Shown: positions 28,790 to 38,913 of the stretch, in pieces | Layout of the letters: each line of letters opens with the position of its first letter | Numbering within the stretch: position 1 is the first letter of the stretch | IMG/VR virus record: IMGVR_UViG_3300038299_000184 | Span: 32,001-96,000 of that record | Length of the DNA stretch: 64,000 nt | Direction: 5' to 3' (one strand) | Source of the DNA: a virus | The notes under the pieces: model-generated | Told to the model about the DNA's origin: nothing | Seen by the model: the letters and a program-made list of their open reading frames with translations, nothing else | The model's database searches: none | Translations under genes and position numbers: made by a program

Positions 28790-29281
28790 ATGGGTAAGTT
28801 CGATGATGCAGTTGGTGAGATTTTGTTTCTTTGTGAGAAGAAGCGTAAGCGCAAGACCACAACTAAGAGTAAGGTCGATAAGAAGTCACAAACTAATAGG
28901 AAGACCCGTGCCAAGAATGTTGAGATTTCTGGACACAAGTCTAAGATTATTTCATCAAGTGGTGTTTCTCGCCACACCGCTGAAGCCTCTAGTAAGGAGA
29001 AGTCCGAATCTAAAATTCATAAGTGTAGGGTTGACATCGTTAAAACCACTGGTAAGATAGATGACGCATCGTGTTCATGTAGTGATTACCAATCCCGATT
29101 CAGATACTACCGTAATAAGGAAGGTGTCGGGGCATGGGATACCATTACACCAATCAAGAGCATCTTCGACCCACACACTAAAGAGAAGCCAGAGATTATG
29201 AACCCTGATGGTGCTGGCTACATGTGTAAGCACTTAATAGCGTTCATAACTTATATAGATAATGTCAACAAAGGAACATAA
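28790..29281 (+). CDS. SWIM zinc-finger late protein
   Basis: CSCSDY...MCKHL SWIM motif; MGKFDDAVGE N-terminus; TAATTA-N5-ATG. Confidence 0.7.
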   Translation: MGKFDDAVGEILFLCEKKRKRKTTTKSKVDKKSQTNRKTRAKNVEISGHKSKIISSSGVSRHTAEASSKEKSESKIHKCRVDIVKTTGKIDDASCSCSDYQSRFRYYRNKEGVGAWDTITPIKSIFDPHTKEKPEIMNPDGAGYMCKHLIAFITYIDNVNKGT

Positions 29282-29603
29282 ATGGGTACGTGGTATCGAT
29301 TTCGACAGGCACAATAGAAGCACATTCTATTGTACAGAATGTGCTGCATTATGTCTTACCAGTGAACAGGAATATAAGTCTCTTTTAGACCAGAAAGGTT
29401 GTACAAAAGCTAATAGTGATTTTGACGAGTTGTATTTTATAAAATCTAATGTAGAGAGGGGTAAGTGGGTTATGCTTTCCACTTGTATGACTATAACTGG
29501 GTCATGGGATCTAGCATCCACATATACAAGGAAGGGATACCCCGATGTATCAGTGTTTGATAGTTCAGATATAGAGGTTGACTTTACACCATATATTCAG
29601 TAA
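29262..29603 (+). CDS. Hypothetical protein
   Basis: 113-aa ORF with H.W and CTEC. Confidence 0.5.
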   Translation: MSTKEHKWVRGIDFDRHNRSTFYCTECAALCLTSEQEYKSLLDQKGCTKANSDFDELYFIKSNVERGKWVMLSTCMTITGSWDLASTYTRKGYPDVSVFDSSDIEVDFTPYIQ

Positions 29604-29608
29604 TTTAA

Positions 29609-30517
29609 ATGGTGAGCAGATTCCTTAACACTCGTCTATTATATGTACCTTCACTCAAGCGGTGTGTTAGGTTTAATGAGTTCCGTAACGAACACCTACT
29701 AGCCCTTTACAGAACTACTGATTCCCTGCCAGACTCTATATGTGCCCAGTGGGATATTATTGAGAATTGTATTGTGGATACCGATATAAATGTGGCTGAT
29801 TTAACACTGATTGATGTCTTATTCATATTCCTTGCATGGCGAGTGAATTGTGTTGGCGAGGAATTGGTGTATGGTAATGGTATCGATGATGTTATAGATG
29901 TCACTGAGTGGTTTGGTATATTGGAGGGTGTGGCTAATACAACATTCAAACACACCATGATTTTAGAGGTGAGTGGACTCACTCTGAATTTAGATCTACC
30001 GACATTGAAGGATGATATGGAGATGCAGCGAGTTTTCATGATGGGTGGTAAAGGTTACGATAATCGTGTCAGAGAAAATGCTGCAAGACATACTATTTGC
30101 TCATTAAGATCTGTGAATGACACACCCCTTGAGAGTTACTACGACAAGGAGAGGCTGTTCAACAGCCTACCACCCAAAGACGGTGCGGCCATTTTAAAGC
30201 ACACTACTGAGCAGTTGTATGATGTAATGGACGGTGTTGATATTAACCTAGGGTTGGATAATACAAATGTCAAGTTTGCTTTGGATCTAATACCAGTTCT
30301 CGTGAAGTTTATTTTCTCTGGTAACCCAGAGAGTATTTTACAGGAAAGTCTCTATATATCAAAGAAGTGTAACATAGGTTATGACGATTTTATGAAAATG
30401 TCTCCAATGGATAGTAAACATTTTATTGACTATATGGAGAAAGCGGGTAATGATAATGGCGAACAAGGTAGTGAAGGTGTGGAAGACCTAACCGACGACT
30501 ACTTTAAACAAGTTTAA
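29609..30517 (+). CDS. Baseplate hub assembly protein (gp26-like, with gp51-like C-terminus)
   Basis: VPS....RF..F...H, IIENCI.....LTLIDV.FIFL..R...VGE resembles T4 gp26; YDDFMKMSP.D...FI resembles gp51. Confidence 0.6.
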   Translation: MVSRFLNTRLLYVPSLKRCVRFNEFRNEHLLALYRTTDSLPDSICAQWDIIENCIVDTDINVADLTLIDVLFIFLAWRVNCVGEELVYGNGIDDVIDVTEWFGILEGVANTTFKHTMILEVSGLTLNLDLPTLKDDMEMQRVFMMGGKGYDNRVRENAARHTICSLRSVNDTPLESYYDKERLFNSLPPKDGAAILKHTTEQLYDVMDGVDINLGLDNTNVKFALDLIPVLVKFIFSGNPESILQESLYISKKCNIGYDDFMKMSPMDSKHFIDYMEKAGNDNGEQGSEGVEDLTDDYFKQV

Positions 30518-30518
30518 T

Positions 30519-31793
30519 ATGGGAGATAATAAAAATAAGAAATGTGATCTTTGTAATGAAGATGATTCAAGCGTCAATATCGCACAAGTTTCAACAGACC
30601 CCAGTGTCGTAATTTGTGAGGTGTGTGCAAGGAAAATTAACAATTACTTTATCGAGAAGCGTATCAAAGAGAAGGGTGGTATAATCAGCGATCTACCAGA
30701 TACTGAGGATCTATTCCCCTACGAAATTTCTGAAAAGTTGAGTAACTACATCATTGGCCAAGAAATTGCTAAAGAGAAACTATCAGTTGCGGTGTACAAC
30801 CACTACCTTCGTATTCAAGATGTCGAGGACGGTGAGGAAATGGATAAATCCAACATCCTAGCATTTGGACCTACAGGAACTGGTAAGACACTACTTGCTA
30901 AGACACTTGCTAAGATTCTAGACGTACCGTTTGTGGTCGCAGATGCCACCACAGTGACCGAGGCAGGTTATGTAGGTGAAGATGTCGAGAATATCGTACT
31001 AAAGCTCCTACGGGAGGCTGACGGTGATGTTGAGAAGGCTGAACGTGGCATCATCTATATTGACGAGATCGATAAGATTGGTTCAAAGAATGGTAGTACT
31101 TCAATTACTCGTGACGTATCGGGTGAAGGTGTTCAACAGGCTTTGCTTAAGATTATCGAAGGTACTGAATGTAATGTACCCGAAGGAGGTGGTCGTAAGC
31201 ATCCAAATCAGAATTACATCACAATCGATACATCCAAAATTCTTTTCATCTGTGGCGGTGCATTCGTAGGTCTTGATAAGATCATCGAGAAACGTCTCAC
31301 AGACAAATGTGAAACAGCCAACACCCGATTAGGGTTTGGTGCCGAAATGACCAGAGCGGGTTCTGTTGATCCCCTTAAAGGAATTGATAATATTTATGAA
31401 TATGCAGAACCAGCAGACATGTATAAGTTCGGACTCATTCCAGAATTCATCGGGCGACTCCCCGTATTCTGCCCTTTGAAAGAACTCACTCGTGATGATC
31501 TTATACGTATCATCACAGAGCCGTCCAATAACATCCTCACACAGTTCGAGAAGATCTTCACCAAGAGTAATATTGACATGAAGATTTCACCATCTGCCAT
31601 GGAAGCAATTGCTGATGAAGCCATCTTGAAGAAGACAGGGGCACGAGGGTTGCGTAGTATCTTTGAGCGTGTTTTCCACAACATCATTTACAACATTCAT
31701 GAGTACGTCAATGCTGATTCCATTACCATCACTAAGAACACCGTTATGAAGGGCGCAAAGCCTCGTATTAAATACCCTAAAAAGGTAGGTTAG
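30519..31793 (+). CDS. clpX: ATP-dependent Clp protease ATPase subunit ClpX
   Basis: C4 zinc domain, IIGQE.AK..LSVAVYNHY, GPTGTGKT, TEAGYVGEDVEN, IDEIDKI, RDVSGEGVQQALLK, GGRKHP, LGF loop, GARGLR. Confidence 0.97.
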   Translation: MGDNKNKKCDLCNEDDSSVNIAQVSTDPSVVICEVCARKINNYFIEKRIKEKGGIISDLPDTEDLFPYEISEKLSNYIIGQEIAKEKLSVAVYNHYLRIQDVEDGEEMDKSNILAFGPTGTGKTLLAKTLAKILDVPFVVADATTVTEAGYVGEDVENIVLKLLREADGDVEKAERGIIYIDEIDKIGSKNGSTSITRDVSGEGVQQALLKIIEGTECNVPEGGGRKHPNQNYITIDTSKILFICGGAFVGLDKIIEKRLTDKCETANTRLGFGAEMTRAGSVDPLKGIDNIYEYAEPADMYKFGLIPEFIGRLPVFCPLKELTRDDLIRIITEPSNNILTQFEKIFTKSNIDMKISPSAMEAIADEAILKKTGARGLRSIFERVFHNIIYNIHEYVNADSITITKNTVMKGAKPRIKYPKKVG

Positions 31794-31830
31794 TGTTTGA
31801 CACACCACGTTAGTCATGTTATCGTCTTGT

Positions 31831-32601
31831 ATGAATTTATTACTAGGTGATATACATGGCAACGTCAAAGTTCTCTTGAAGTATATACACAGGGAATATG
31901 CCAAAGGCGGTACGATATACCAGATAGGGGATTTCGGTGTGTTTGATCTGGATGATCCGTATACCGAGGCAATCACTGAGGAGGATTTGGATGACATCAA
32001 CGACAAACTTGTTAAACATGATACACAACTTCGTGTAATCCGTGGTAATCACGATAATCCAAAATACTGGGTGAACTTAACTTGGCGTAACTCCATCAAT
32101 AAACGTTGGTCTAACATCGAGTTCTTACCAGACTACCACGTTGAGAAAATTGGTGATATGGTATGTATGTTTATTGGTGGTGCTGTATCAGTTGATCGTC
32201 AACGCAGAATGAAAGACCACGATTGGTGGGAAGACGAGGTTGTAACTACACCACCACTTGGGGTAGAAAGCTTACCACTGGTTGATGTGGTTATTGCCCA
32301 CAATTGCCCATCATTCTTCAACCTTGGCTGTGACTCCGATTCTGTGGGTCACTGGGCTGTGGGTGATGACGAGTTGGTGGCTGATCTAACAACCGAACGC
32401 GAACTGATAGATGAAGTGTTCTACCAAGTCAAACCAAGTCGCTGGTTCTCGGGACACTTCCACAATCATATGGTTGGTGAGTATGGAGATTGTAACTATC
32501 GATGCATCAACATCAACGAACTATATTCACTAGATGAATTAATACCCTTCAAGAATCGGTACGTTGATCTCAAAACCCCGCCACTAGATTTACTGAAATG
32601 A
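31831..32601 (+). CDS. Calcineurin-like metallophosphoesterase
   Basis: GDIHG, GDFG, GNHD, GGAVSVD, HNCP, GHFH. Confidence 0.88.
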   Translation: MNLLLGDIHGNVKVLLKYIHREYAKGGTIYQIGDFGVFDLDDPYTEAITEEDLDDINDKLVKHDTQLRVIRGNHDNPKYWVNLTWRNSINKRWSNIEFLPDYHVEKIGDMVCMFIGGAVSVDRQRRMKDHDWWEDEVVTTPPLGVESLPLVDVVIAHNCPSFFNLGCDSDSVGHWAVGDDELVADLTTERELIDEVFYQVKPSRWFSGHFHNHMVGEYGDCNYRCININELYSLDELIPFKNRYVDLKTPPLDLLK

Positions 32602-32747
32602 AATCTAAAAAACTAAATAAGATGTTGAAGAGTGGTGAAATATTCGAAAAGGGTGTATTATGGGATGTACGCAAATGGAGAAAATGGTTAGTTAAAAAAC
32701 GCACCTGTAGATTTCAGAAACATAAAGGTAATACTGAAGAATAAATT

Positions 32748-32933
32748 ATGGAAAAACCAACAGTAATAATGACACTCGAATCACAGTCTAATGACTGGTT
32801 TGTAGGTACTATCAAACATGAGAATGGTGATAATATAGGACAGCATACCTCCAGCTCCTTATGGTGGTTGGAAAGTGATTTGAAAAATAAATTGGATGAT
32901 GTTGATAAATATAACATCGTAAAAAACTTTTAA
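32748..32933 (+). CDS. Hypothetical protein
   Basis: 61-aa ORF in operon. Confidence 0.5.
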   Translation: MEKPTVIMTLESQSNDWFVGTIKHENGDNIGQHTSSSLWWLESDLKNKLDDVDKYNIVKNF

Positions 32934-32937
32934 TATT

Positions 32938-33630
32938 ATGAGTGATATAAAACCAAGAAGACGCAGCAAGCGAGCAGAATTACGAGCAGAATTAGAATAT
33001 CCTCTCCTATCCGAGGAGAGTGATCGATACTTCGGTTATTTCATGAAGGAACAACTTTGGGAATACCAAAAGGATATAGCTTTAGGTTATACAGGTTATG
33101 GTGTTTCTTTTATGGCGTTTCTTGAACTCGGCTGGGGTCTCGTGGGTGCTGGTTTATCCACTTGGGAAGATACCGAGGGTCAGTTCAAACGCTGGAAGGA
33201 GCTACGGAAACAACCCTCTAACAGAATTGCTAGAACCTATGAACGTGCTATGGAAATTAAGGAGGAGAGGGATTGGGATCGTATATATGTGCTTGTGGAT
33301 CTTCACGGCACTGTACTAGAACCAAACTACGAAGGGCTGGCTACTGAGTTCTACCCGCACTCCAAGTGTGTCCTTAAACACTTCTCGGATCGTAAGGACA
33401 TTATTCTTATCATGTGGACATGTAGTACCGAGGAAGACCGTACAGCATACAATGAAATGTTTGCTAAGGAAGGTATCAATTTTGATTACATCAATGAGAA
33501 CCCAGAAGTTAAGGGTAAACTCAATTGGGGTGACTTCGATAGCAAAATGTATGCGAACCTCGTGTTAGATGATAAGTGCGGCTTCACTTGGCAAGAAGAT
33601 TGGGTAGCTTTACGGGAGTATTTAATATAA
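32938..33630 (+). CDS. HAD-superfamily protein
   Basis: VLVDLHGTV, LIMWTC, FDYINENP, K.YA.LVLDDK. Confidence 0.75.
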   Translation: MSDIKPRRRSKRAELRAELEYPLLSEESDRYFGYFMKEQLWEYQKDIALGYTGYGVSFMAFLELGWGLVGAGLSTWEDTEGQFKRWKELRKQPSNRIARTYERAMEIKEERDWDRIYVLVDLHGTVLEPNYEGLATEFYPHSKCVLKHFSDRKDIILIMWTCSTEEDRTAYNEMFAKEGINFDYINENPEVKGKLNWGDFDSKMYANLVLDDKCGFTWQEDWVALREYLI

Positions 33631-33667
33631 CCAGCTTTATCGACCATCATTAAGTATAAATATAAAC

Positions 33668-34468
33668 ATGGACAACAAATTCTATGTTTATATTTATCTA
33701 GATCCTAGATATGATGGGGTATTTAAATATGGTGATTACACCTTTGATTATAGACCTTTCTATGTGGGAAAGGGGTGTGGTAGTAGGGATGTTTCTCATA
33801 TATATGAAGCTGAAAATCATAAAAACATTAACCGACATAAATGTATATTGATTAGAAAAATCTTAAAAGAATCCACCCCCATAGTCTTAAGGGTGTGTGA
33901 TAATATGACAGACGCTGATGCATTGGAATTAGAATCTGTCCTTATAAAACTCATAGGTAGAAAATGTGATGGGGGTATTCTGACTAACCATGGAGAATGT
34001 GGTCGAGTAATGAGTGGTGTAGCACATCCATTATATGGTAAGAAAAGATCAGAGGAAACCAAGGAGAAGATCCGCAACACTTTGAAGGGTAGACCACTAT
34101 CAGAAGAAACCAAGAAGAAATTAAGTTTAAAATCTAAAGGTGTTGGTAAGACTAAAGAACATGCTGAAAATATAAGTAAGGGTAAGAAAGGAATTGCAAC
34201 CGTTAAACACACAGATGCAACTAAGGAGCTTATAGCTGCATCACAACGAGGCATATTACACCATTCATCAAAGACTTATACATTCATAAAACCTAATGGT
34301 GTACATGTTATAATTCATAGTAATCTACATGATTACCTTAATGATAATAATTTACCATTACAGGTTGCTAGAGAGTGGATAAATAAAGGGAGGATACCAC
34401 CACCTGTAAGAAACTTCAAAGGTGCTAGGGCTAATATAACAGGGTGGGAAATTATAAGACATGATTAA
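33668..34468 (+). CDS. Free-standing GIY-YIG homing endonuclease with NUMOD3 repeats
   Basis: FYVYIYLDPR...PFYVGKG...R; GILTN; SEETKEKI and SEETKKKLS NUMOD3 repeats; TAAATA-N5-ATG. Confidence 0.88.
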   Translation: MDNKFYVYIYLDPRYDGVFKYGDYTFDYRPFYVGKGCGSRDVSHIYEAENHKNINRHKCILIRKILKESTPIVLRVCDNMTDADALELESVLIKLIGRKCDGGILTNHGECGRVMSGVAHPLYGKKRSEETKEKIRNTLKGRPLSEETKKKLSLKSKGVGKTKEHAENISKGKKGIATVKHTDATKELIAASQRGILHHSSKTYTFIKPNGVHVIIHSNLHDYLNDNNLPLQVAREWINKGRIPPPVRNFKGARANITGWEIIRHD

Positions 34469-34510
34469 GTTTAATGTTGTAAATATGTGTAAGTTATGTA
34501 TCATAATAAT

Positions 34511-34732
34511 ATGACTCACGAAGAACATAGAACACGTAAAATTTTGAGCACACCAGAACCTAGAACCTTCTTTATAGCAAACGGGAGTGTTGTTGAAGAT
34601 CCATGGACTGAGTGGGAAGTTGGTGAATGTGGTAGTAGACGCAGAGTGTGTATAACTATATCTAAGGAGCTTGCACAAGAAGTTGCTGATGCACTAACAG
34701 CATTTTACACACCTAAAACTGGTACTATCTAA
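34511..34732 (+). CDS. Hypothetical protein
   Basis: ORF with its own TTGTAA-N16-TATCAT-N6-ATG promoter. Confidence 0.55.
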   Translation: MTHEEHRTRKILSTPEPRTFFIANGSVVEDPWTEWEVGECGSRRRVCITISKELAQEVADALTAFYTPKTGTI

Positions 34733-34774
34733 ATTAGTAGTTGACCAAACCACCGTGGTGTGTATAATGATGAC

Positions 34775-35086
34775 ATGCACCTACATAAAGATCATAACGG
34801 TTGGCAATCTCCTAGAGAACTAACACAACCCGCCTACTTCACACAAGATAGTGATACAGAGGTAGAACCTAGCCCACCCTTTAAATTCAAAGTGGGTGAA
34901 ACTTATGAGACACAAGGTGGTGATAAAGTACAAGTACTTAGCCGAACTCAAAATGGTGTAGGTTATGAATGTTTGGTCTGTGATGACGGTGTTCACAGGT
35001 ACGACAGGAGTACCTCTTCGACGGATGCGGGGCGAGTTACAGGAACAGCCCATGATTACTCACATCCAAATAACTTCAAGCGGTAG
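34775..35086 (+). CDS. Hypothetical protein
   Basis: TTGACC-N16-TATAAT-N6-ATG; FKVGETY.T.GG motif. Confidence 0.6.
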   Translation: MHLHKDHNGWQSPRELTQPAYFTQDSDTEVEPSPPFKFKVGETYETQGGDKVQVLSRTQNGVGYECLVCDDGVHRYDRSTSSTDAGRVTGTAHDYSHPNNFKR

Positions 35087-35108
35087 ACTAACAAACAAAA
35101 TAATACAT

Positions 35109-35618
35109 ATGGATAAAAATTATATTCCGATAGCATTCAAAGCCCAGATATCTATAAACGAGGTTTGGGTATACGACGAAGAGGCGGGAACTCGTAACAC
35201 TAGACACGAAGTATTGTTAGAGCTGGGTGATCCCCACCTGTCACATACCCAGTTGTTCGAAGCACCACATAAGGGTAGGAAGGGTTTTAAAGAAATACCT
35301 TCCGACTGGAAGTATGGGGGTCTTATTGATGTACATACTTATAAATTCTATACAGAGTCCCGCCCAAGTGACATAGTGGTGGGTAACTTCATGAAGGCAG
35401 TGAAAAAGGTTGTCAAAGGTCTGTACCTTATCGAACAACATTACCACTTCTTGAATAGGACGTTCCCAGATCGTCAATTCAATCTCAATAGCGTCACACT
35501 GGAATGTGTGGATGAATACGTGTTCAAATCTGATAGTGGCTACCTATACCACACTCAACATATTGATGATCATATCTACTTTAAAGGTAGGGGTGTCCGA
35601 ATCAGTCATGAAAATTAA
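35109..35618 (+). CDS. Hypothetical protein
   Basis: 169-aa ORF. Confidence 0.55.
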   Translation: MDKNYIPIAFKAQISINEVWVYDEEAGTRNTRHEVLLELGDPHLSHTQLFEAPHKGRKGFKEIPSDWKYGGLIDVHTYKFYTESRPSDIVVGNFMKAVKKVVKGLYLIEQHYHFLNRTFPDRQFNLNSVTLECVDEYVFKSDSGYLYHTQHIDDHIYFKGRGVRISHEN

Positions 35619-35826
35619 AACAATAACCAGCCAGCACCGCAGAGACTTCTCCGCAATTTTAGAATGTGAGCATTGTGGACACACTCAAGAATTAAATAGT
35701 GGGTACGACGATGACAACTACCACAGGAATGTTATACCCAAATTTAAATGTGGTGAGTGTGGTAAACCAGCTCCAGAGAACTACAGACCACTAACCACCA
35801 AATACGATGCGAATCAAATAGTTTAA
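35608..35826 (+). CDS. Small zinc-ribbon protein
   Basis: RRDF.A..ECEHCG...GYDD..YH..VIP..KC.ECG. Confidence 0.7.
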   Translation: MKIKTITSQHRRDFSAILECEHCGHTQELNSGYDDDNYHRNVIPKFKCGECGKPAPENYRPLTTKYDANQIV

Positions 35827-35880
35827 ATACCCCTACTAGAACCAAGCCTGTACAGATATGTACGGGCTTGAGGTGGTGAA

Positions 35881-36138
35881 ATGAATAAACTAATTAAACT
35901 AATCGTAGTAGCAATCGCCATCACATCAATCTCATGCACTGACGCAACTCGTGCTAAAATCGGTGGGTATGGTGGTGAACATAAAGTGGAGTTGTATAAT
36001 GGTGGTAAGCTGGTGCGTGAATGGGTATCTAGTGGTAAGGTACAGTCTGAAGAAACTTCGGATGGATACTACTTTAACGACAAGGCAACGGGCAAGTTGG
36101 TAGAGGTGTCTGGTGACGTAGTTATCACAAGAATGTAA
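35881..36138 (+). CDS. Putative lipoprotein
   Basis: Signal ending SISC; TDATRAK..GYG. Confidence 0.65.
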   Translation: MNKLIKLIVVAIAITSISCTDATRAKIGGYGGEHKVELYNGGKLVREWVSSGKVQSEETSDGYYFNDKATGKLVEVSGDVVITRM

Positions 36139-36190
36139 TAAAGTTACGTTTAGGTGTTGACACCACTGTGGTATTTTGTATTGTTCACCC

Positions 36191-36790
36191 ATGACAGCAA
36201 CCAACATCATCCAGTTCCCTACTAAGTTCACAGGTACAGAACACTCAGTAGCTACAGCAACTGTTGAACCTAAAAAGGTTTCCACAAACCCTTACAAGGA
36301 TCTTTGCACAAGGGGTAGTGCTGCACTACTTCGAAAGAAGCTCAAGGAAGCTGGTTACAATTCTCGTAAGGTGTCTGTGAAAACCGATTTCTACTCAATG
36401 GGTAGTAGCATCAATGCTACCGTCCGTGATGCTAGTGTTGATGACAAGATCGTAGAGACGCTATGTAAAGAAGCTGAGTGTATCTCATACTGTGATTCTT
36501 CTGGTGAGATCCTTGGTGGTGGTAACACTTTCGTCAAATTCTACGTGACTGATGAAGTTACGACTGAACGTAGTGCCAAGTATTTGGTTATCGCTGAAGA
36601 GATCGTGGTTAAGTTGAACGAACTACACACTGAAGTGGTGTACGATGATACCATGTCCTTTAGACGCACATCACCTTACGATGTGTCTATCGAATACTCA
36701 GACCTATCTGGTCGTAACCTTTACCTCCCACAATCTGAACATGCGGCAGCGACAATTGCCAACATGATCTATAAACACAATGCAAACTAA
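36191..36790 (+). CDS. Hypothetical protein (LPD29-like motif)
   Basis: AA..LRKKLK...KVSVK...YSMGSSI; own TTGACA-N16-TATTGT promoter. Confidence 0.5.
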   Translation: MTATNIIQFPTKFTGTEHSVATATVEPKKVSTNPYKDLCTRGSAALLRKKLKEAGYNSRKVSVKTDFYSMGSSINATVRDASVDDKIVETLCKEAECISYCDSSGEILGGGNTFVKFYVTDEVTTERSAKYLVIAEEIVVKLNELHTEVVYDDTMSFRRTSPYDVSIEYSDLSGRNLYLPQSEHAAATIANMIYKHNAN

Positions 36791-36983
36791 AAAAGATTCT
36801 TTCAAAGAAGCAAGCGTGAACACCACCATTGGGCTGGTGATATCGTTTGCTAGTACTAGCGTAATCATGCCAATGTTTGGATATGATTACGATGCAGCCA
36901 AATTCGGGATGATGACAATATGCTTCACACTGGTATCAGTGGTTAGAACCTACATCATCAGACGCTACTTCAATAAAAAATAA
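36780..36983 (+). CDS. Small two-TM membrane protein
   Basis: MQTKKDSFKEA..NT.IG...FT.VS.VR.Y.IRRYFN. Confidence 0.65.
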   Translation: MQTKKDSFKEASVNTTIGLVISFASTSVIMPMFGYDYDAAKFGMMTICFTLVSVVRTYIIRRYFNKK

Positions 36984-37495
36984 TGAATAAAGAACAGATA
37001 CACAAGGGTTCCACAGAACTAAATTCCGAAACACCAGATTTAAGCTATGGACAGTCTGTATGGACTTTTTGTAGGGGGTTGGACAGGGATTTGGCATACC
37101 TTTTGGATAGTGATAGCATTTTTTATATAACCGATGGTGACGTGGATCAACCAGAATTGATTGATCTATTCATAAATAAATTTCTAAAAGAATATAATTC
37201 CAAACATAAAACACTCACCAATAGAATAACCAATAGTAGTGGGGTGGTATTAATACCTATCGAGGATATGTTTGGGGGTCGCAATGGTACTACTCCTAAT
37301 CTAACAAACCAGAGAGCCGCTCCTAGAAGTGATTTTGATGGGGGAAACCCACATTGGTTTAGACCAGCTTGGGATGAAGAACGCAACACCGCTGTGTGGT
37401 ATATGATAGATGATCCAGATTTTATTTACGATTACTGCATTCCAGTATTCGATCACAACTGGGTAATTGAAAATATTGAAATAAATGTTGACTAA
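36983..37495 (+). CDS. Hypothetical protein
   Basis: 170-aa ORF. Confidence 0.55.
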   Translation: MNKEQIHKGSTELNSETPDLSYGQSVWTFCRGLDRDLAYLLDSDSIFYITDGDVDQPELIDLFINKFLKEYNSKHKTLTNRITNSSGVVLIPIEDMFGGRNGTTPNLTNQRAAPRSDFDGGNPHWFRPAWDEERNTAVWYMIDDPDFIYDYCIPVFDHNWVIENIEINVD

Positions 37496-37521
37496 TACTC
37501 AGCGGTGTGTATGATCCCTAT

Positions 37522-37845
37522 ATGAAAACAGACGAAGCAATTGAACGCATGGAACAGTGTGGGGAAGTAATAGATCTAGTGGTTAAGTCACAGAATTATC
37601 TACAACCAAAACTTCACGGTATGCCTAGGATTCTTAGATCGCTCCTGATCACAGGTAGAGAAGTTGTAGCTTTAGAAACACCTAGCTCAACTATCTTAGA
37701 TGGTGTTGCAGCGTTCATTACTTGTGTTGAGCGTGAGGTAAATGGTAATATATACATCTGGACACTAAACCCAGATTTCTTCGAATCCGATTACTACGCT
37801 GGTTACAGGAACAAGGTTACTCAACCTTTGTGTTTATCATACTAA
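37522..37845 (+). CDS. Hypothetical protein
   Basis: TTGACT-N16-TATGAT-N6-ATG. Confidence 0.55.
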   Translation: MKTDEAIERMEQCGEVIDLVVKSQNYLQPKLHGMPRILRSLLITGREVVALETPSSTILDGVAAFITCVEREVNGNIYIWTLNPDFFESDYYAGYRNKVTQPLCLSY

Positions 37846-37916
37846 CAGGGTTTTTCATCATCGAAATTTAGAGAAATAGGTATTGACCTAATCACAATTT
37901 AATATATAACCAAACT

Positions 37917-38453
37917 ATGCCAGCTAAAAATTTCATGGAGTCACACACATCCTTTACTAAGGAAGAGGTGTTAAAGGCACTCGACTATATCGGTGAATCA
38001 ACATGCCCATCAAAAGAGATCAATGTGTATGCTAACGGTCTTCTGAACGAACTCCTTGTATGTGGATTCATCTTTGAGGCACCTTTCGAAGGGATCACTA
38101 GGTGGTTTCTCACAGTGAGGGGTAGTAACCTCCTAAAGCATTGTACACCACCTATGACTCAATCTATGGAGGATGAAAGTTTCAAGAATCACAAGACCGC
38201 TGAGATGACCGACTGGCTCCAGAGAACTACTGACTATAGTGAGCACAATATTAGAAATATCACATACAAGCTCGTAGAATATTCTACGAAATTGGAGTTT
38301 GCTGACACATTCCGAGTTGCTGACGTAAGCCGACCAGAGGAGGTTGTTAAGTACATGGAGATTCGCACTGGCGGTTGTTGCGGGTTTGAAGAAAATCTTG
38401 TGAGTGGGTATGATGGCGAACTTTACCTAGTGGGGTGTAACTATGGACACTAA
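37917..38453 (+). CDS. Hypothetical protein
   Basis: TTGACC-N16-TATAAC-N6-ATG; C-terminal GCCG...GCNYGH motif. Confidence 0.6.
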   Translation: MPAKNFMESHTSFTKEEVLKALDYIGESTCPSKEINVYANGLLNELLVCGFIFEAPFEGITRWFLTVRGSNLLKHCTPPMTQSMEDESFKNHKTAEMTDWLQRTTDYSEHNIRNITYKLVEYSTKLEFADTFRVADVSRPEEVVKYMEIRTGGCCGFEENLVSGYDGELYLVGCNYGH

Positions 38454-38694
38454 AACCCTCCAAGTACTACAAGGGCTTAAAGGCTTAATGGATTTAGCCA
38501 AACTACATAATTGCACCTCCAAATATAATGGAGAGATTATCCAGATCATTGCCGATGACGGATACTATTGGGATGGTGGGCAAACCCACACCAAAACTTA
38601 CCTAGTAGGTAAAGACACCAACTCTGAAGAGCTAATTGAAGTGATTCAATTTGTTATAGAAGATTTAAAAGAAGCACAACCAACAAAACAATAA
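38443..38694 (+). CDS. Hypothetical protein
   Basis: 83-aa ORF in operon. Confidence 0.5.
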   Translation: MDTKTLQVLQGLKGLMDLAKLHNCTSKYNGEIIQIIADDGYYWDGGQTHTKTYLVGKDTNSEELIEVIQFVIEDLKEAQPTKQ

Positions 38695-38695
38695 T

Positions 38696-38908
38696 ATGGA
38701 TGATGTAGATTTAGGAGAAATTTTCACAGACATTGATTTCAGTGGTCTAACACCTTCGGGTGGTAGGGGTAGAAACCCTGTGTGTGTCCCAATTACATTA
38801 GTAGTGGTTACACTGCTAATAATCGGTGGTATAGTCTGGCACTTTAACTCGCAACCAGATGTTAACACCAATGAACAACTTTCAGAACAAGCTGAAACAA
38901 CAAAATAA
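38696..38908 (+). CDS. Small single-TM protein
   Basis: ITLVVVTLLIIGGIVW. Confidence 0.55.
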   Translation: MDDVDLGEIFTDIDFSGLTPSGGRGRNPVCVPITLVVVTLLIIGGIVWHFNSQPDVNTNEQLSEQAETTK

Positions 38909-38913
38909 TAAAT

